Shown here: in pieces, positions 1 through 9,273 of the stretch
How the letters are laid out: each line of letters opens with the position of its first letter
Position numbering within the stretch: position 1 is the first letter of the stretch
From: a virus
Lineage: Duplodnaviria > Caudoviricetes
DNA length: 54,142 nt
Reading direction: 5' to 3' (one strand)
Virus record (IMG/VR): IMGVR_UViG_3300022936_000002
Location: 1-54,142 of that record
Notes under the pieces: model-generated
Told to the model about the DNA's origin: nothing
The model's database searches: none
Seen by the model: the letters and a program-made list of their open reading frames with translations, nothing else
Program-made: the position numbers and the translations under genes

Positions 1-127
1 CCTGCCCGCCGGTGACAGCTTTCAGGTTGATCACTTCGCCGATATCTTCCTTCTCGAGCTCGAAGAATCTTAATGCAGGAGTGACGAGGGCCGCATATTC
101 GTCGGTACCATGCCCGACCATCGCATC
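1..127. repeat. 127-bp terminal direct repeat (copy 1); circular assembly overlap
   Basis: 1-127 is identical to 54016-54142, and an ORF reads in frame across the join. Confidence 0.97.
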
Positions 128-2482
128 ATCGGTTAAAAACCGGCCGCGCATAAAGTTCGACACCCGCCATTTCGAGCGATACGGTGAATCGTCTTCGAGT
201 GTTTGCGCTTCTGCCGTTCTAAACTGGAGCCATTCATTGCCCACTCGCAGTAAATTAACCGTGGGATAGCGTGCGATGTCGTCAGATGTCACCGTTTCCA
301 GTTCGATCTCATCGAAAAACCAGATATCGAGAGTGTTGTCTGTATCTTCATCTCCCTTCGAGTTTTCCCAATCTGCGAGCACTTCCGCGCATAACCCCAA
401 CGGGGAGGATGAGTCGATCACCGACTGCAGCACATAGTTTTCGTCGCCGATCTCACGGTACAATGCCGCGTTTTCGTGATAACCCCGGCCTCGTCCCGAG
501 ATAGCAAGGTAAACGCCGAGCTTCCCGTGGTCTCTTTCGAGGATCGGCAGGGACGGGATAACGAATATCACCGTATTGCGCGGGAAGGGTACCGTTGACA
601 GCATGTTTTCACGGATGTTCGGCGCCATGTTCGCTATCGGCGGAATCTCGTTGACCGTGATAAATGCTATCGGGTCTCGGAGCACAGCTTGAAAGCGTAT
701 CTTCCCGATCGGCAGCGTCATTACCTTTTTCTCGATGCGGATCTCGTAAGTAAGGCCGTTCAGCGGCAGCGGGATAACATCGCCGATAGCCCACTTTGCG
801 ATTGACGGCATTCCCCAGAACTCGAACGCCTTGCTTTCGGCATGCTCTTTCCTGAGCAGGACTTCCGCGACCTGTCGCAGTCGGTCTTTGCTATCGACTA
901 TCGGGAACGTGTACTCCTTGCTCTCGGTCGATTTTATGCCGGCGAAAAACTGTGCGGTGACAGCCTCATTGTGGTATTCGAGCTCAGGTATCATCCCCGA
1001 TACCCTGACTTCCCGCGGCATTAGCGATTCTTCCTTTAGAAGCACTTCAGCATCGAACGCGGGCATTTCTTCCCCGTCATTATGCGCGCGAAGATCGTCT
1101 GCACTGATCGTTCCGACTGTCGGGCCGTTATCGAGTACGGTTATCAGCTTCCCGTCAACTTCCGCGAGCCTGAATTGATGGTACCGCTGAAGATGTTCGA
1201 TCAGAGCCTTCCGGGTCGTCGCTGTGTGCTCCAAGAAGCCTACCTGGGTTAATCCGGCAGTGTTCGACAGGTCGTAGTCCTCGATACCGACGTCGTTAAA
1301 TAACTCTTCAAGAATGTCGTTAACATCGCTGAATATGTACTCCTGCTCAACCGTGTAGTTCGGCAAATGACCTTGCTTCAGCGTTGTGTCCTGCAGCACG
1401 AATACAGAACATCCGCGCATTGCCGATGTTCTGGAGATACCGACACCGGTTCCCCACCGGCTATCGAGCCACGATATAATTCTGGAGTCCTGGGTCTGCG
1501 TTTCGGTTCCTGTGTAATACCTGATCTCCTCCCCTGGGATAGGAGTGGTCATCATCGTTTCGCCTGTCGCGTCGTCCTTCACCGGTTGGAAGTTGTAGTA
1601 TTCCGATGGGTCGTCGAGGTCTGTCGGATAGCCGATGAATGGATTTACGGCCGACGACATCCGATAGGTGCTATCGGGCCTTGCGAGATTCAGGTACGAG
1701 AAGTAAACACCAATCTTGTCGATATCGGGGATCGCGCTTGACGGGTTGCCGAGCTCGATAGAATTGACGTGCCCGCGCACCAGCACCGTCCGGACCGACC
1801 ACGCGCCATCTGTCGAATGAAATAAAACGGTCTGAGTAGTTAATCCCAGATCACTGTTCGTTTTCACTTCGACGTTTAGATTAGTGGCGCATTTATAGAA
1901 TACTGCAATACGGGTTGTGTCGATCGGTTCGACGGGCTCAACAGGGACGGCCGGGAGTGCTCCTGCAGGGGAAAAGGTTATCGTCCCGCCGTTTCCCAGA
2001 TTAGTGACGGCCAAGCCTTCCGATGCCTCTACATCCGGGAAGATCGCCGCGCCTCCCGCGAGAAATGCGTCTTCCGCCTCGTAGAACTGCTGAGTGTTAA
2101 CCCCGCCGCCGTTTACGCCAGCGAGGATGTCGGTATCGGCCCAGACTCGGAGAAAGTTCGTCACACGTCGCGATACAAGCACGGCAACCGATGTTTTATA
2201 TACGTGCGTCCTTGTCGCCGGCGCCTGCGGGACGCCACCCTTGCCGCCGCTCGAAGGCGTCTCGATGATGTAGTGGTCGATGCCCGTGGAAACCACGACG
2301 TTCCCGCCTAGCCTGACCTTTCCCCAGATGCGAGGGATAAACGCGCCGTAATCCGAGCCGGTGATCCGAATATCGTCGAATTTGCCTTTATCGACAGGCG
2401 GATTCTTGACCTTCGGCGCAAAGATGTACTGAAGGGCCATTGAGCCCGCCATTATCCCGACTTGTATAGCTATTTGAGGCAT
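1..2482 (-). CDS. Large tail tip / host-specificity protein, N-terminal part (continues across the origin into 54015..53852; about 881 aa in total)
   Basis: ATG at 2482 gives MPQIAIQVGIMAGSMALQYIFAPKVK..RITGSDYGAFIPRIWGKVRLGGNVV, a typical tail-tip N-terminus. In frame with ORF 53852..54136. Follows DUF2460-DUF2163-NlpC genes. Missing from the ORF track because it has no stop before the window edge. Confidence 0.85.
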   Translation of the reverse strand, partial: MPQIAIQVGIMAGSMALQYIFAPKVKNPPVDKGKFDDIRITGSDYGAFIPRIWGKVRLGGNVVVSTGIDHYIIETPSSGGKGGVPQAPATRTHVYKTSVAVLVSRRVTNFLRVWADTDILAGVNGGGVNTQQFYEAEDAFLAGGAAIFPDVEASEGLAVTNLGNGGTITFSPAGALPAVPVEPVEPIDTTRIAVFYKCATNLNVEVKTNSDLGLTTQTVLFHSTDGAWSVRTVLVRGHVNSIELGNPSSAIPDIDKIGVYFSYLNLARPDSTYRMSSAVNPFIGYPTDLDDPSEYYNFQPVKDDATGETMMTTPIPGEEIRYYTGTETQTQDSRIISWLDSRWGTGVGISRTSAMRGCSVFVLQDTTLKQGHLPNYTVEQEYIFSDVNDILEELFNDVGIEDYDLSNTAGLTQVGFLEHTATTRKALIEHLQRYHQFRLAEVDGKLITVLDNGPTVGTISADDLRAHNDGEEMPAFDAEVLLKEESLMPREVRVSGMIPELEYHNEAVTAQFFAGIKSTESKEYTFPIVDSKDRLRQVAEVLLRKEHAESKAFEFWGMPSIAKWAIGDVIPLPLNGLTYEIRIEKKVMTLPIGKIRFQAVLRDPIAFITVNEIPPIANMAPNIRENMLSTVPFPRNTVIFVIPSLPILERDHGKLGVYLAISGRGRGYHENAALYREIGDENYVLQSVIDSSSPLGLCAEVLADWENSKGDEDTDNTLDIWFFDEIELETVTSDDIARYPTVNLLRVGNEWLQFRTAEAQTLEDDSPYRSKWRVSNFMRGRFLTDDAMVGHGTDEYAALVTPALRFFELEKEDIGEVINLKAVTGGQ

Positions 2483-2547
2483 TTATTTACTACTCGTTTC
2501 AGTCATATTTTGGCCGTTTTTGCGAGACGGCCTTTAATTACAAGTAT

Positions 2548-3015
2548 TTAATCCACCAATCCCCTGATCCTGAACGCCGCCGCAATATCGTCCTTCCGCT
2601 GCCTGACACTCTCTATCCGTACCGTCCCGCCCTTTCCAAGAGCGAACGCGTGTATCAGCTGCGGTTCGATGCCCTTTTTCAAATCCGTTTCATCCGATAT
2701 CCTGATGGCGGCGTGTCGAGGCTTTATTCCACCGAGGCGCATAAGGTAGATATCGCCGCGCCTCGCTTCTGCTACGGGTATTTCGTCGAGGTTCTTTTCG
2801 AGAGTGGTCCTGATCACGTTCGCGCTCGGCACTCTCCGGTATCCTTCAACGTCAAATATCTCGGGGTATTTGATTCTCTGCCCGACGACGACGAGCAGGC
2901 CCACGCAGTCTATTTCGTGGTTCTCGTCCTTGTTGCGGCCCTGATGCCGGAACTTCCACCCCAGGCACTCCATTGCTGCGGCAACGATCTGATCTCTGGT
3001 AACTTTATAAGCCAT
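2548..3015 (-). CDS. NlpC/P60-family tail-associated peptidase
   Basis: LGWKFRHQGR..IDCVGL..HAAI motifs; position after DUF2163-like gene. Confidence 0.88.
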   Translation of the reverse strand: MAYKVTRDQIVAAAMECLGWKFRHQGRNKDENHEIDCVGLLVVVGQRIKYPEIFDVEGYRRVPSANVIRTTLEKNLDEIPVAEARRGDIYLMRLGGIKPRHAAIRISDETDLKKGIEPQLIHAFALGKGGTVRIESVRQRKDDIAAAFRIRGLVD

Positions 3016-3959
3016 TAGTTTGCTGATGGGACGCGGTTTGCGGCTTCAATGCCGGGCACGTAATCTTCGGCGCGACGGTTGATCACGTTGTCGTAGAGCA
3101 CGCACCTTTCAATTGTTCTGTCGCACCCCGCGGTAAAGGTGAAAGTGTCGTTACCCTCGATCGGCAGCGGAAACCGTCGCCGTAACGAAACGCGGTAGCC
3201 GGGGAACACTGTGTTGATCGTCGATATCTCGCGTGCGATGCCTTCGTTCTGCCCGGAAGTGCATTCGAGCTTCCCGTTTGCGAATAATCCGGATGTGTCG
3301 CAGTTTGCAGGGAGATCGCCTGACGAGAAATCTATCTCACCTTCCCCGGCAGCGAGTACGCACGGCACATCGGGATAAACAAGGTCGAAAGTATCGCCGT
3401 TGATAGTTACCGGCTCGCCTAAGTCTCTACCGCACTCCTCGTCCCCGAACTCCCTGCACCGGCAGAGCCTCGATGTAACTTTATTGACGTTGTTCGATAG
3501 CCTGGCGATAGCTCCGCGCCCTTCCGCCGTGAAAAACGTCTGATAGTCCTTGAACTCGCCCAGATTCCCCTTAAAATGAACGAATTCCCCGAGATCGGTG
3601 TTATCCCAACAGGCCGATAAAACCTCGACCGTCGCAAAGTCCCACTTCCCCGCCAATACCTCGATCTGATCGAACGAATCCGAGTTATAGATACCCGTCA
3701 TTTCGAGATTTGACGCCTCATCGAGCCCCGATTCGATCGTTGTGGGAGTGATAGCAGGGGTAGCCTTGAAAACCACGCCCGGACGCCCGGGAAGCGTCAT
3801 ATCCCGCGAGTTGGACGTAAACGCTACTATGTCCGGCCCATACTCCGGTCGGGTCGTTATCTGGATGAGCAGAGCCATACGAGGAGTGGGACTCGACCAC
3901 TGGCCCCAGAAGTCGTCCTGCGTATATGAACCCTGTATATTTTGGATTTCGTGGGGCAT
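3015..3959 (-). CDS. Tail hub protein, DUF2163/BR0599-like
   Basis: CRCREFGDEECG and AGCDRTIERC..NVINRRAE cysteine motifs; synteny. Confidence 0.85.
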   Translation of the reverse strand: MPHEIQNIQGSYTQDDFWGQWSSPTPRMALLIQITTRPEYGPDIVAFTSNSRDMTLPGRPGVVFKATPAITPTTIESGLDEASNLEMTGIYNSDSFDQIEVLAGKWDFATVEVLSACWDNTDLGEFVHFKGNLGEFKDYQTFFTAEGRGAIARLSNNVNKVTSRLCRCREFGDEECGRDLGEPVTINGDTFDLVYPDVPCVLAAGEGEIDFSSGDLPANCDTSGLFANGKLECTSGQNEGIAREISTINTVFPGYRVSLRRRFPLPIEGNDTFTFTAGCDRTIERCVLYDNVINRRAEDYVPGIEAANRVPSAN

Positions 3960-4610
3960 CTATTCGCCTCTTACCTCGACCATCGGAACATCCGGAAGCT
4001 CGATGCGGTAGTGCTCGACCGATCCCGCATCTACCCATTGGTGAAAAGCTTCTGCGCGAAACTCGTCGGTAGCGAACCGCGCAGGAGTATAAAATTCGAA
4101 CGTCGCGAGGATTGAGGCATCCGCAGCCGGCGCGCTCGTAAAGGTAGCGATTCCCGTCGCATAGTTCACGCTGTAATTTGCTTCCGGAACAGGTGTTCCG
4201 TTGATCGCAAAGAACACCGTTCCCGACTTCGGATAGGTGATGACGCGCTTGATCACGCCTCCGACTCCATCGTCGTAATATTTGTAGATCTGGAACTGAG
4301 TCTTTACGCCGTCGGCCTCATCACCGTCGAAGAGCACGATGGAACTGCCCGATACCTTGTAATCCATCCAATCTTTGACCAGAAATGCCGTTTCCCTGCC
4401 CCTGACGGTGTGGAAAAACGCGATAAGCGCGTCAACATCCGCCTTCGTCTTTACCGAGTATTTTGCATCGAAGGATCGAAGCGCGTCCTGCCAGTTGGCA
4501 TTTCTCGATTCGTGGCCGCTCGCACCCGTCGTGATGGTCGTGTTATAACGAACCGTATGACCCCAACGCCCCACCGAAAGCGGATATATTTTATCTAGCT
4601 GAAGACTCAT
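3960..4610 (-). CDS. Distal tail protein, DUF2460-like
   Basis: SGHESRNANW, FFHTVRGR..FLVKDWMDY, FEFYTPARF motifs; directly after tape measure. Confidence 0.88.
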   Translation of the reverse strand: MSLQLDKIYPLSVGRWGHTVRYNTTITTGASGHESRNANWQDALRSFDAKYSVKTKADVDALIAFFHTVRGRETAFLVKDWMDYKVSGSSIVLFDGDEADGVKTQFQIYKYYDDGVGGVIKRVITYPKSGTVFFAINGTPVPEANYSVNYATGIATFTSAPAADASILATFEFYTPARFATDEFRAEAFHQWVDAGSVEHYRIELPDVPMVEVRGE

Positions 4611-7600
4611 GAATTACGCCTTTCCTCCCACCTTGCTTTTGCCATTCCGTCACGAACCCCCCGGCTTGCTGCATCCTGGACCTGACGGGGGTTGCCGCCG
4701 GGCGCGTTAACGTTTACGTGGATCGTCGGGCCGTAGGTCGTGTTATTGTTCGTCGAGGACATGCCCGAGTACGCGCCGACCATTCCACCGCCCGCAAATG
4801 CAGGCATTTGAAGATTGTTCACTTTTTCGAAAAAGTCTCTGCCCCAGAACCGGACGGCGCGGGCGGTGTTCACGAACTCGCCGTTAGATAACCGGGCGAA
4901 TATTGAATCGGACGTTCCGCTGCCAGGTCCCGAGATAAGTCCGCCGGATGCATGGCCGATGAGACCACCGAGCCCGCCAAGCGCGCCCTCTCCAACAGAA
5001 TGCGCCCCTGTTCCTAAACTAGTGGTCGTGGGCGTGCTTGCTGCCGCGCTAATGATCTTCATAATGGCCTGATAGACCATGACTTTTATGAGCTCCTGAA
5101 TGATACCTTGAACGAGTTGAGCAAATCCCTGAAGCATCGAAGTAAAGAACCCTTTGAATGTTCCGTCCCATTTTGCGACGCTGGTCGAGATAACATCAGC
5201 AACGCCAGACACGGCATCCGCCATACTGTCCTTGAAAGCCGTCGAAAATGAGACGGATCGCGCTTGCATCATCCCTATCCGATCCATAAATGTTTCGCTA
5301 TCGGCAATCGTTTTCTCAGTAATTGCTTGACGTATTTCAAGGATGCGCTGCAATTGCGCCGCTTCAAGGATTAATGGTTCCAACGTAGAATAATTGGCTA
5401 TGCGTTGCTTTAAGTCGGCGATGGACTGATAGGTGCCGATTTGATTCAATAGCGCGTCGCTCTCCGTCTTAACGGCAAAAAACTTTTCGGCTCCCACCGC
5501 CTTGATTTGATCGATGGTCGCCTGCAAGCCTTCCGGGCTTCCAAAGAAGGAAGCTAGATCATCCTTATCCTTGCCCTGCTTGAGAGCTTCGCGGGATTGG
5601 CTGAGCTGTTTGATAGCGCCGTTGAGTTGCAGAATCGCCGCGCTCGTTTTGGGTGCTCCGTTTTGCTCAAGATCAGCGAGGTTTTTCTGAAGAGATTGAA
5701 TCACCTCGTCATATTGCGTAACGGCATCGGTACCTTCTCCGCCTCGACTAATTGCGGCGCTCCGGTTAGCCATTTGCGCCGCTATGGCCGATTTCATCTT
5801 AACTTTCTCTAATTCGTAGGCATTGTTAATACGAATTTTCTCGGCTGCAATCAAATCGTTCGTCGTGCCAAGCTCGGTATCGAGTTGCCCGATCTGCGTG
5901 TCATAGCGCAGATTCGCACTTAGCTTCTGAGCTTCGTAAAACCCTTTAGCCCCTTTGGTCCCGTCTCCGATAGCAGATGCAAGTTGCAGAAACTGAATTT
6001 TCACTTTATCGGACAGCGTGGTAGACGCGCGGAAAAATTCAACTAGCTTCGTGGTAGATTTGCTGCCAAAAGTGTCGGGGTTAAAATAAATGTCCGCGAG
6101 ATTGCCTCCTAGATCGCCAATGGCTTTCAACGTGCTGTTAAACGCGTCTCTCCTGGATTGTAAACTGCGTACAAGTTGGTCGTTCTGCTTCTCGGATATA
6201 TCAAGCAATCGACGCCCGCCTTCTTCTGCGAGCTTCGCGACGTCAAGGTTCATTCTAGCGTTGATATTTACACGCTCTTCCGCTGAGAGCGACTCGTCTT
6301 GAAGTTGGAGCGAAGTTTGTTCGCGGATTATGGCGCCGATCTTTGCGTAGGCGCGCTGCGTCTCGTCCGTAATTCGAGAAAATGCCTCCGTTGTTGCCGT
6401 GCCCAGAGAAATGGACGAATCGAAATTAAACGCGGAAGTATCGAGATTAAAGGAGACGGATTCAGACGCAATCTGCTTGAATTCCAGTAGGGCAGACCGG
6501 CGTTGCTTTAGAATTTTGTCTTCCGCTTCTGCTATCTGTTTCGCTGTATTGATCTCATGGAGAGCAAGGTCGGTACTGATCTTCCCAATAGTGCGCGCTT
6601 TATCGTCTTCGATCGCCTCTCGCTGCTTTGACGTCAATCCCAAGATCGCAAGCTCGCTCCGGAAAAATCTTGTCGCTTCCGCTAACTGTTTTTCAAGTCC
6701 CTGTTTTTTTACTTTTGCCAGCTCCCTTACGCCGTCGAGCTCGTCTTGCGATGTCTTTCGTACGCGAGCCGACACCATGGCTTCGTTAACCCGGTTAAAG
6801 CTGTCCGTAATCGCCGACTGAGCGGAGTAACCCCTTTTCCATGTTTCCAATATTTCGGCCGCCGTCTGCTTTGCGCTCTGAGCGGCCTTACTGTCCGCAT
6901 CCTTTAGTTTTTGGGCCTTTTCTAACGCCGTGGTGATCATCTTGTCACCTTCTGTCCGCATCATATTGCCTGCGTCACGCATTGCCTGCCCGGCTTTCGG
7001 ACCGAACATAAAATCATCGCCCGCGTCCTTCAGTCCTCGCATGACGACTAAAAACGGTTGCAGGATGGGCGAAACGTCACCCCGGAAATTCTTCTTGAGC
7101 TCTTCGATGATGATTCCGCCGATGCCCTCAAGTCCTTTCCCAATACCCTCGCCGATTTTCTCGCCGATTACCTGACCCGCCGCATGCCAATCACCGCCCC
7201 GGCTTTGTATTTCGCCGATGGTATCGCTTAAGGCATTATTAATGGCATTTCCCCATGCCGCAAACGTAGCCTGGTTGTCCGTGAGCGCCTTGGATGCAAG
7301 GTTCATCCCTGTGGTGATCGCGGGCGCGAAAGCGAGCGTGAATCTGGCTGCACTGGTTTTTGCCTGCAGGCCAACCATGTCAAGTGTATCGCCGAATTTA
7401 TCTGCTGCGACTATCGTTTCTTTATCAAGAATCAGTCCGAGATCGCGAGCACGTTTGATCACGTCCGGAATACTTCCGCCGAATTCCTTAAGAAAGGGAA
7501 TCATATCGGCACCGGAACGACCAAACCCCTCCTGCGAGGCCTTCATCTGCTCTATGCCTTCGGGGTATTTGAGAATTGTCTGATAAGCCTGCCCCAGTGC

Positions 7601-8326
7601 AGTTTCGAGGTCGTTAGACGTGACGCCAAGGCCAGCCATGGTCTTCTTAGCCTCTTCGTTTCCTTTTTTAGCACTACCGAGCACGCGCACGAACTTGTCG
7701 ATCGATCCGGACACCTCGTCGAAAGATACTCCGCCTTGCGTTGCCGCAAAATTCAACGCTTGCAGTGTGTCAGTAGAGAGGCCCGTCTTCGCTGCTGCAT
7801 CATTGATCATCGACCCGAAGTCTGCGGAAGCCTTTGTTAGCGTGAAAAGCGCGCCGGCGGTAGACTCGAATATCTGCGCGGCCTGGCCCGCCACTTGTGA
7901 TACAGCACTAAAGGCAGCGCCAACACCTGTTAAGACTTGACCTATCTGCGCGAACTTGCCTAGCTGTGACGGGGGCTTGAAGTCTGCGAGACGCGCAGCC
8001 GAATCCTTTAATCGGGTATTGAGCGCATTAGTCGCCCTTTCGGTAGAATTGATCGCACTCTGAAATTGTTTACTATTAATTGCACCACGCGAAAATGCAT
8101 CGGCCGCCGAGCTGAGTTTTTTCTGGGTTTCCGATACCCTCTCTGTCAGCTTCTCATACGATCTAGCTGTGACTGCGGTGGTTTTCCCCAGGTGAACGGC
8201 TTCAGCTTCCTGCTCAGTGATAGCGCGCCCCGTCCTTCGCAATGCCGCCTCGGCATCCCTCAGCGAACCCTCAAACGAATTGGTGTCGGTTCGGAATTCT
8301 GCAAATATTTCGAAAGCGTTTGCCAT
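4607..8326 (-). CDS. Tail tape measure protein (1239 aa)
   Basis: Long Ala-rich helical ORF; C-terminal ASGGLISGPGSGTSDSIFARLSNGEFV motif. Confidence 0.92.
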   Translation of the reverse strand: MANAFEIFAEFRTDTNSFEGSLRDAEAALRRTGRAITEQEAEAVHLGKTTAVTARSYEKLTERVSETQKKLSSAADAFSRGAINSKQFQSAINSTERATNALNTRLKDSAARLADFKPPSQLGKFAQIGQVLTGVGAAFSAVSQVAGQAAQIFESTAGALFTLTKASADFGSMINDAAAKTGLSTDTLQALNFAATQGGVSFDEVSGSIDKFVRVLGSAKKGNEEAKKTMAGLGVTSNDLETALGQAYQTILKYPEGIEQMKASQEGFGRSGADMIPFLKEFGGSIPDVIKRARDLGLILDKETIVAADKFGDTLDMVGLQAKTSAARFTLAFAPAITTGMNLASKALTDNQATFAAWGNAINNALSDTIGEIQSRGGDWHAAGQVIGEKIGEGIGKGLEGIGGIIIEELKKNFRGDVSPILQPFLVVMRGLKDAGDDFMFGPKAGQAMRDAGNMMRTEGDKMITTALEKAQKLKDADSKAAQSAKQTAAEILETWKRGYSAQSAITDSFNRVNEAMVSARVRKTSQDELDGVRELAKVKKQGLEKQLAEATRFFRSELAILGLTSKQREAIEDDKARTIGKISTDLALHEINTAKQIAEAEDKILKQRRSALLEFKQIASESVSFNLDTSAFNFDSSISLGTATTEAFSRITDETQRAYAKIGAIIREQTSLQLQDESLSAEERVNINARMNLDVAKLAEEGGRRLLDISEKQNDQLVRSLQSRRDAFNSTLKAIGDLGGNLADIYFNPDTFGSKSTTKLVEFFRASTTLSDKVKIQFLQLASAIGDGTKGAKGFYEAQKLSANLRYDTQIGQLDTELGTTNDLIAAEKIRINNAYELEKVKMKSAIAAQMANRSAAISRGGEGTDAVTQYDEVIQSLQKNLADLEQNGAPKTSAAILQLNGAIKQLSQSREALKQGKDKDDLASFFGSPEGLQATIDQIKAVGAEKFFAVKTESDALLNQIGTYQSIADLKQRIANYSTLEPLILEAAQLQRILEIRQAITEKTIADSETFMDRIGMMQARSVSFSTAFKDSMADAVSGVADVISTSVAKWDGTFKGFFTSMLQGFAQLVQGIIQELIKVMVYQAIMKIISAAASTPTTTSLGTGAHSVGEGALGGLGGLIGHASGGLISGPGSGTSDSIFARLSNGEFVNTARAVRFWGRDFFEKVNNLQMPAFAGGGMVGAYSGMSSTNNNTTYGPTIHVNVNAPGGNPRQVQDAASRGVRDGMAKARWEERRNS

Positions 8327-8334
8327 TTTAAAAG

Positions 8335-8422
8335 AAAAAAGCCCGCCGAAAAGATCATCATCTTTCTAGCGGGTGGTTGGCCTGAATTACAGGCGACGGC
8401 CCAGTGAGCGGTATTAAATTGT
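8335..8422 (-). promoter_or_regulatory. Conserved late leader/hairpin element upstream of tape measure (copy 1 of 2)
   Basis: Minus strand ACAATTT..GGGCCGTCGC..GCCAACCACCCGCTAGAAA..TTTTCGGCGGGCTTTTTT; similar element at 17478-17559. Confidence 0.6.
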
Positions 8423-8461
8423 CAGTTATATTCTACATCAACCGCGGGAGATTTCAATCAT

Positions 8462-8803
8462 TTATTCGATGCCCCACACGCGAATATAGTACTTCCCCTT
8501 TCCGTCAATCGTAATATTGACCGACTCTGGCGGCACATCAATAAGAAACGTTCTGCTGAGAAACGCCTCGTCGGTATATAGCAACTGAAAAGAAAATCCT
8601 CCGTCCCATCCATTAATGTGAATGCTTTGACTCGAACCTACATTATTACTACTAATGCCGATACGAATCTGCTTGTATTTTGCTGCATTAAAACTCGCGA
8701 CTTCAACGAAGGTCCCAGGCGTTAAATCTTTAAATCCCTTGAAGATTAAGGGTGCCGCCACGCAGTTTGCCGCAAGCAACAAGCTAAGAAAAAGAGCTTT
8801 CAT
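8462..8803 (-). CDS. Small secreted hypothetical protein
   Basis: Signal-peptide-like MKALFLSLLLAANCVAA; AGGAGG RBS upstream. Confidence 0.7.
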   Translation of the reverse strand: MKALFLSLLLAANCVAAPLIFKGFKDLTPGTFVEVASFNAAKYKQIRIGISSNNVGSSQSIHINGWDGGFSFQLLYTDEAFLSRTFLIDVPPESVNITIDGKGKYYIRVWGIE

Positions 8804-8840
8804 AAATCAGCCTCCTAAAAGTGCAACCGATTATAAACTA

Positions 8841-8868
8841 AAAAGGCGGCTAATTAAAGCCGCCTTTT
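8841..8868. terminator. Intrinsic (likely bidirectional) terminator directly after GGY-NN array 1
   Basis: AAAAGGCGGC-TAATTAAA-GCCGCCTTTT perfect stem with A/T tails. Confidence 0.85.
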
Positions 8869-8871
8869 CCC

Positions 8872-8961
8872 TTGCCCTACCTCGCCTGACCAAGCCTGAC
8901 CAAGCCTAACCAAGCCGTGCCCCGCCATTCCGTACCATGGCGCGCCCCGACTCACCAGGCC
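8872..8961 (-). ncRNA. (GGY-NN)18 pentamer array 1; putative guide RNA
   Basis: GGCct GGTga GTCgg GGCgc GCCat GGTac GGAat GGCgg GGCac GGCtt GGTta GGCtt GGTca GGCtt GGTca GGCga GGTag GGCaa; strict 5-nt phase, between the HNH stop and a terminator. Confidence 0.85.
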
Positions 8962-8979
8962 GTATACCCCTTGATAAGC

Positions 8980-9273
8980 TTACTCCCACAGGTGTTTACG
9001 CCAGTCCGGCCCAATTATACCCTTTTTTAGCGCGTTCGCGATCATCCCCCTGTGTCTATGATCGAGCCTCAAAACATGATGCATGCGGCAAAGCACCCGC
9101 AGGTTCGATATATGATTCGTGCCCAGCTTACCAGATCGAATATGGTCACAGTGGAACTCTTCAAAGGTGACGGGATGCTTGCCATAGGGGTACTGGCACA
9201 TCCCGCCATCCCGCTCATAGACGGCCTTTCTCATTTCTTGCCAGATCTCTCGCGGCGGTCGTTGTCGCGGCAT
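8980..9273 (-). CDS. HNH endonuclease
   Basis: VYERDGGMCQY..HCDHI..GTNHISNLRVLCRMHH; start overlaps stop of the RAMP-like gene (TAATG). Confidence 0.9.
   Translation of the reverse strand: MPRQRPPREIWQEMRKAVYERDGGMCQYPYGKHPVTFEEFHCDHIRSGKLGTNHISNLRVLCRMHHVLRLDHRHRGMIANALKKGIIGPDWRKHLWE

Noticed and set aside
1-127. Terminal repeat as a biological DTR
   Set aside because: 127 nt equals a common assembler k-mer and it falls mid-gene, so it is a circularisation overlap
1-2482. Apparent 2.5-kb ORF-poor region suggesting recoding or a pseudogene
   Set aside because: Explained by one minus-strand gene that crosses the origin; standard code gives dense coding elsewhere
5144-5179. Lethal self-targeting by the arrays
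   Set aside because: Each self site has 5 mismatches, and array 1's distal units do not match; weak self-regulation cannot be excluded
8872-8961. Simple microsatellite from slippage
   Set aside because: Only GGY is conserved while NN varies, a second independent array exists, and both decode to tail genes; a short GGCTTGGTCA duplication is present, however
8655-9170. ORFs 8655..8909 and 8937..9170 (+) overlapping array 1
   Set aside because: Antisense shadows of real genes; 5-nt periodicity is not codon-compatible
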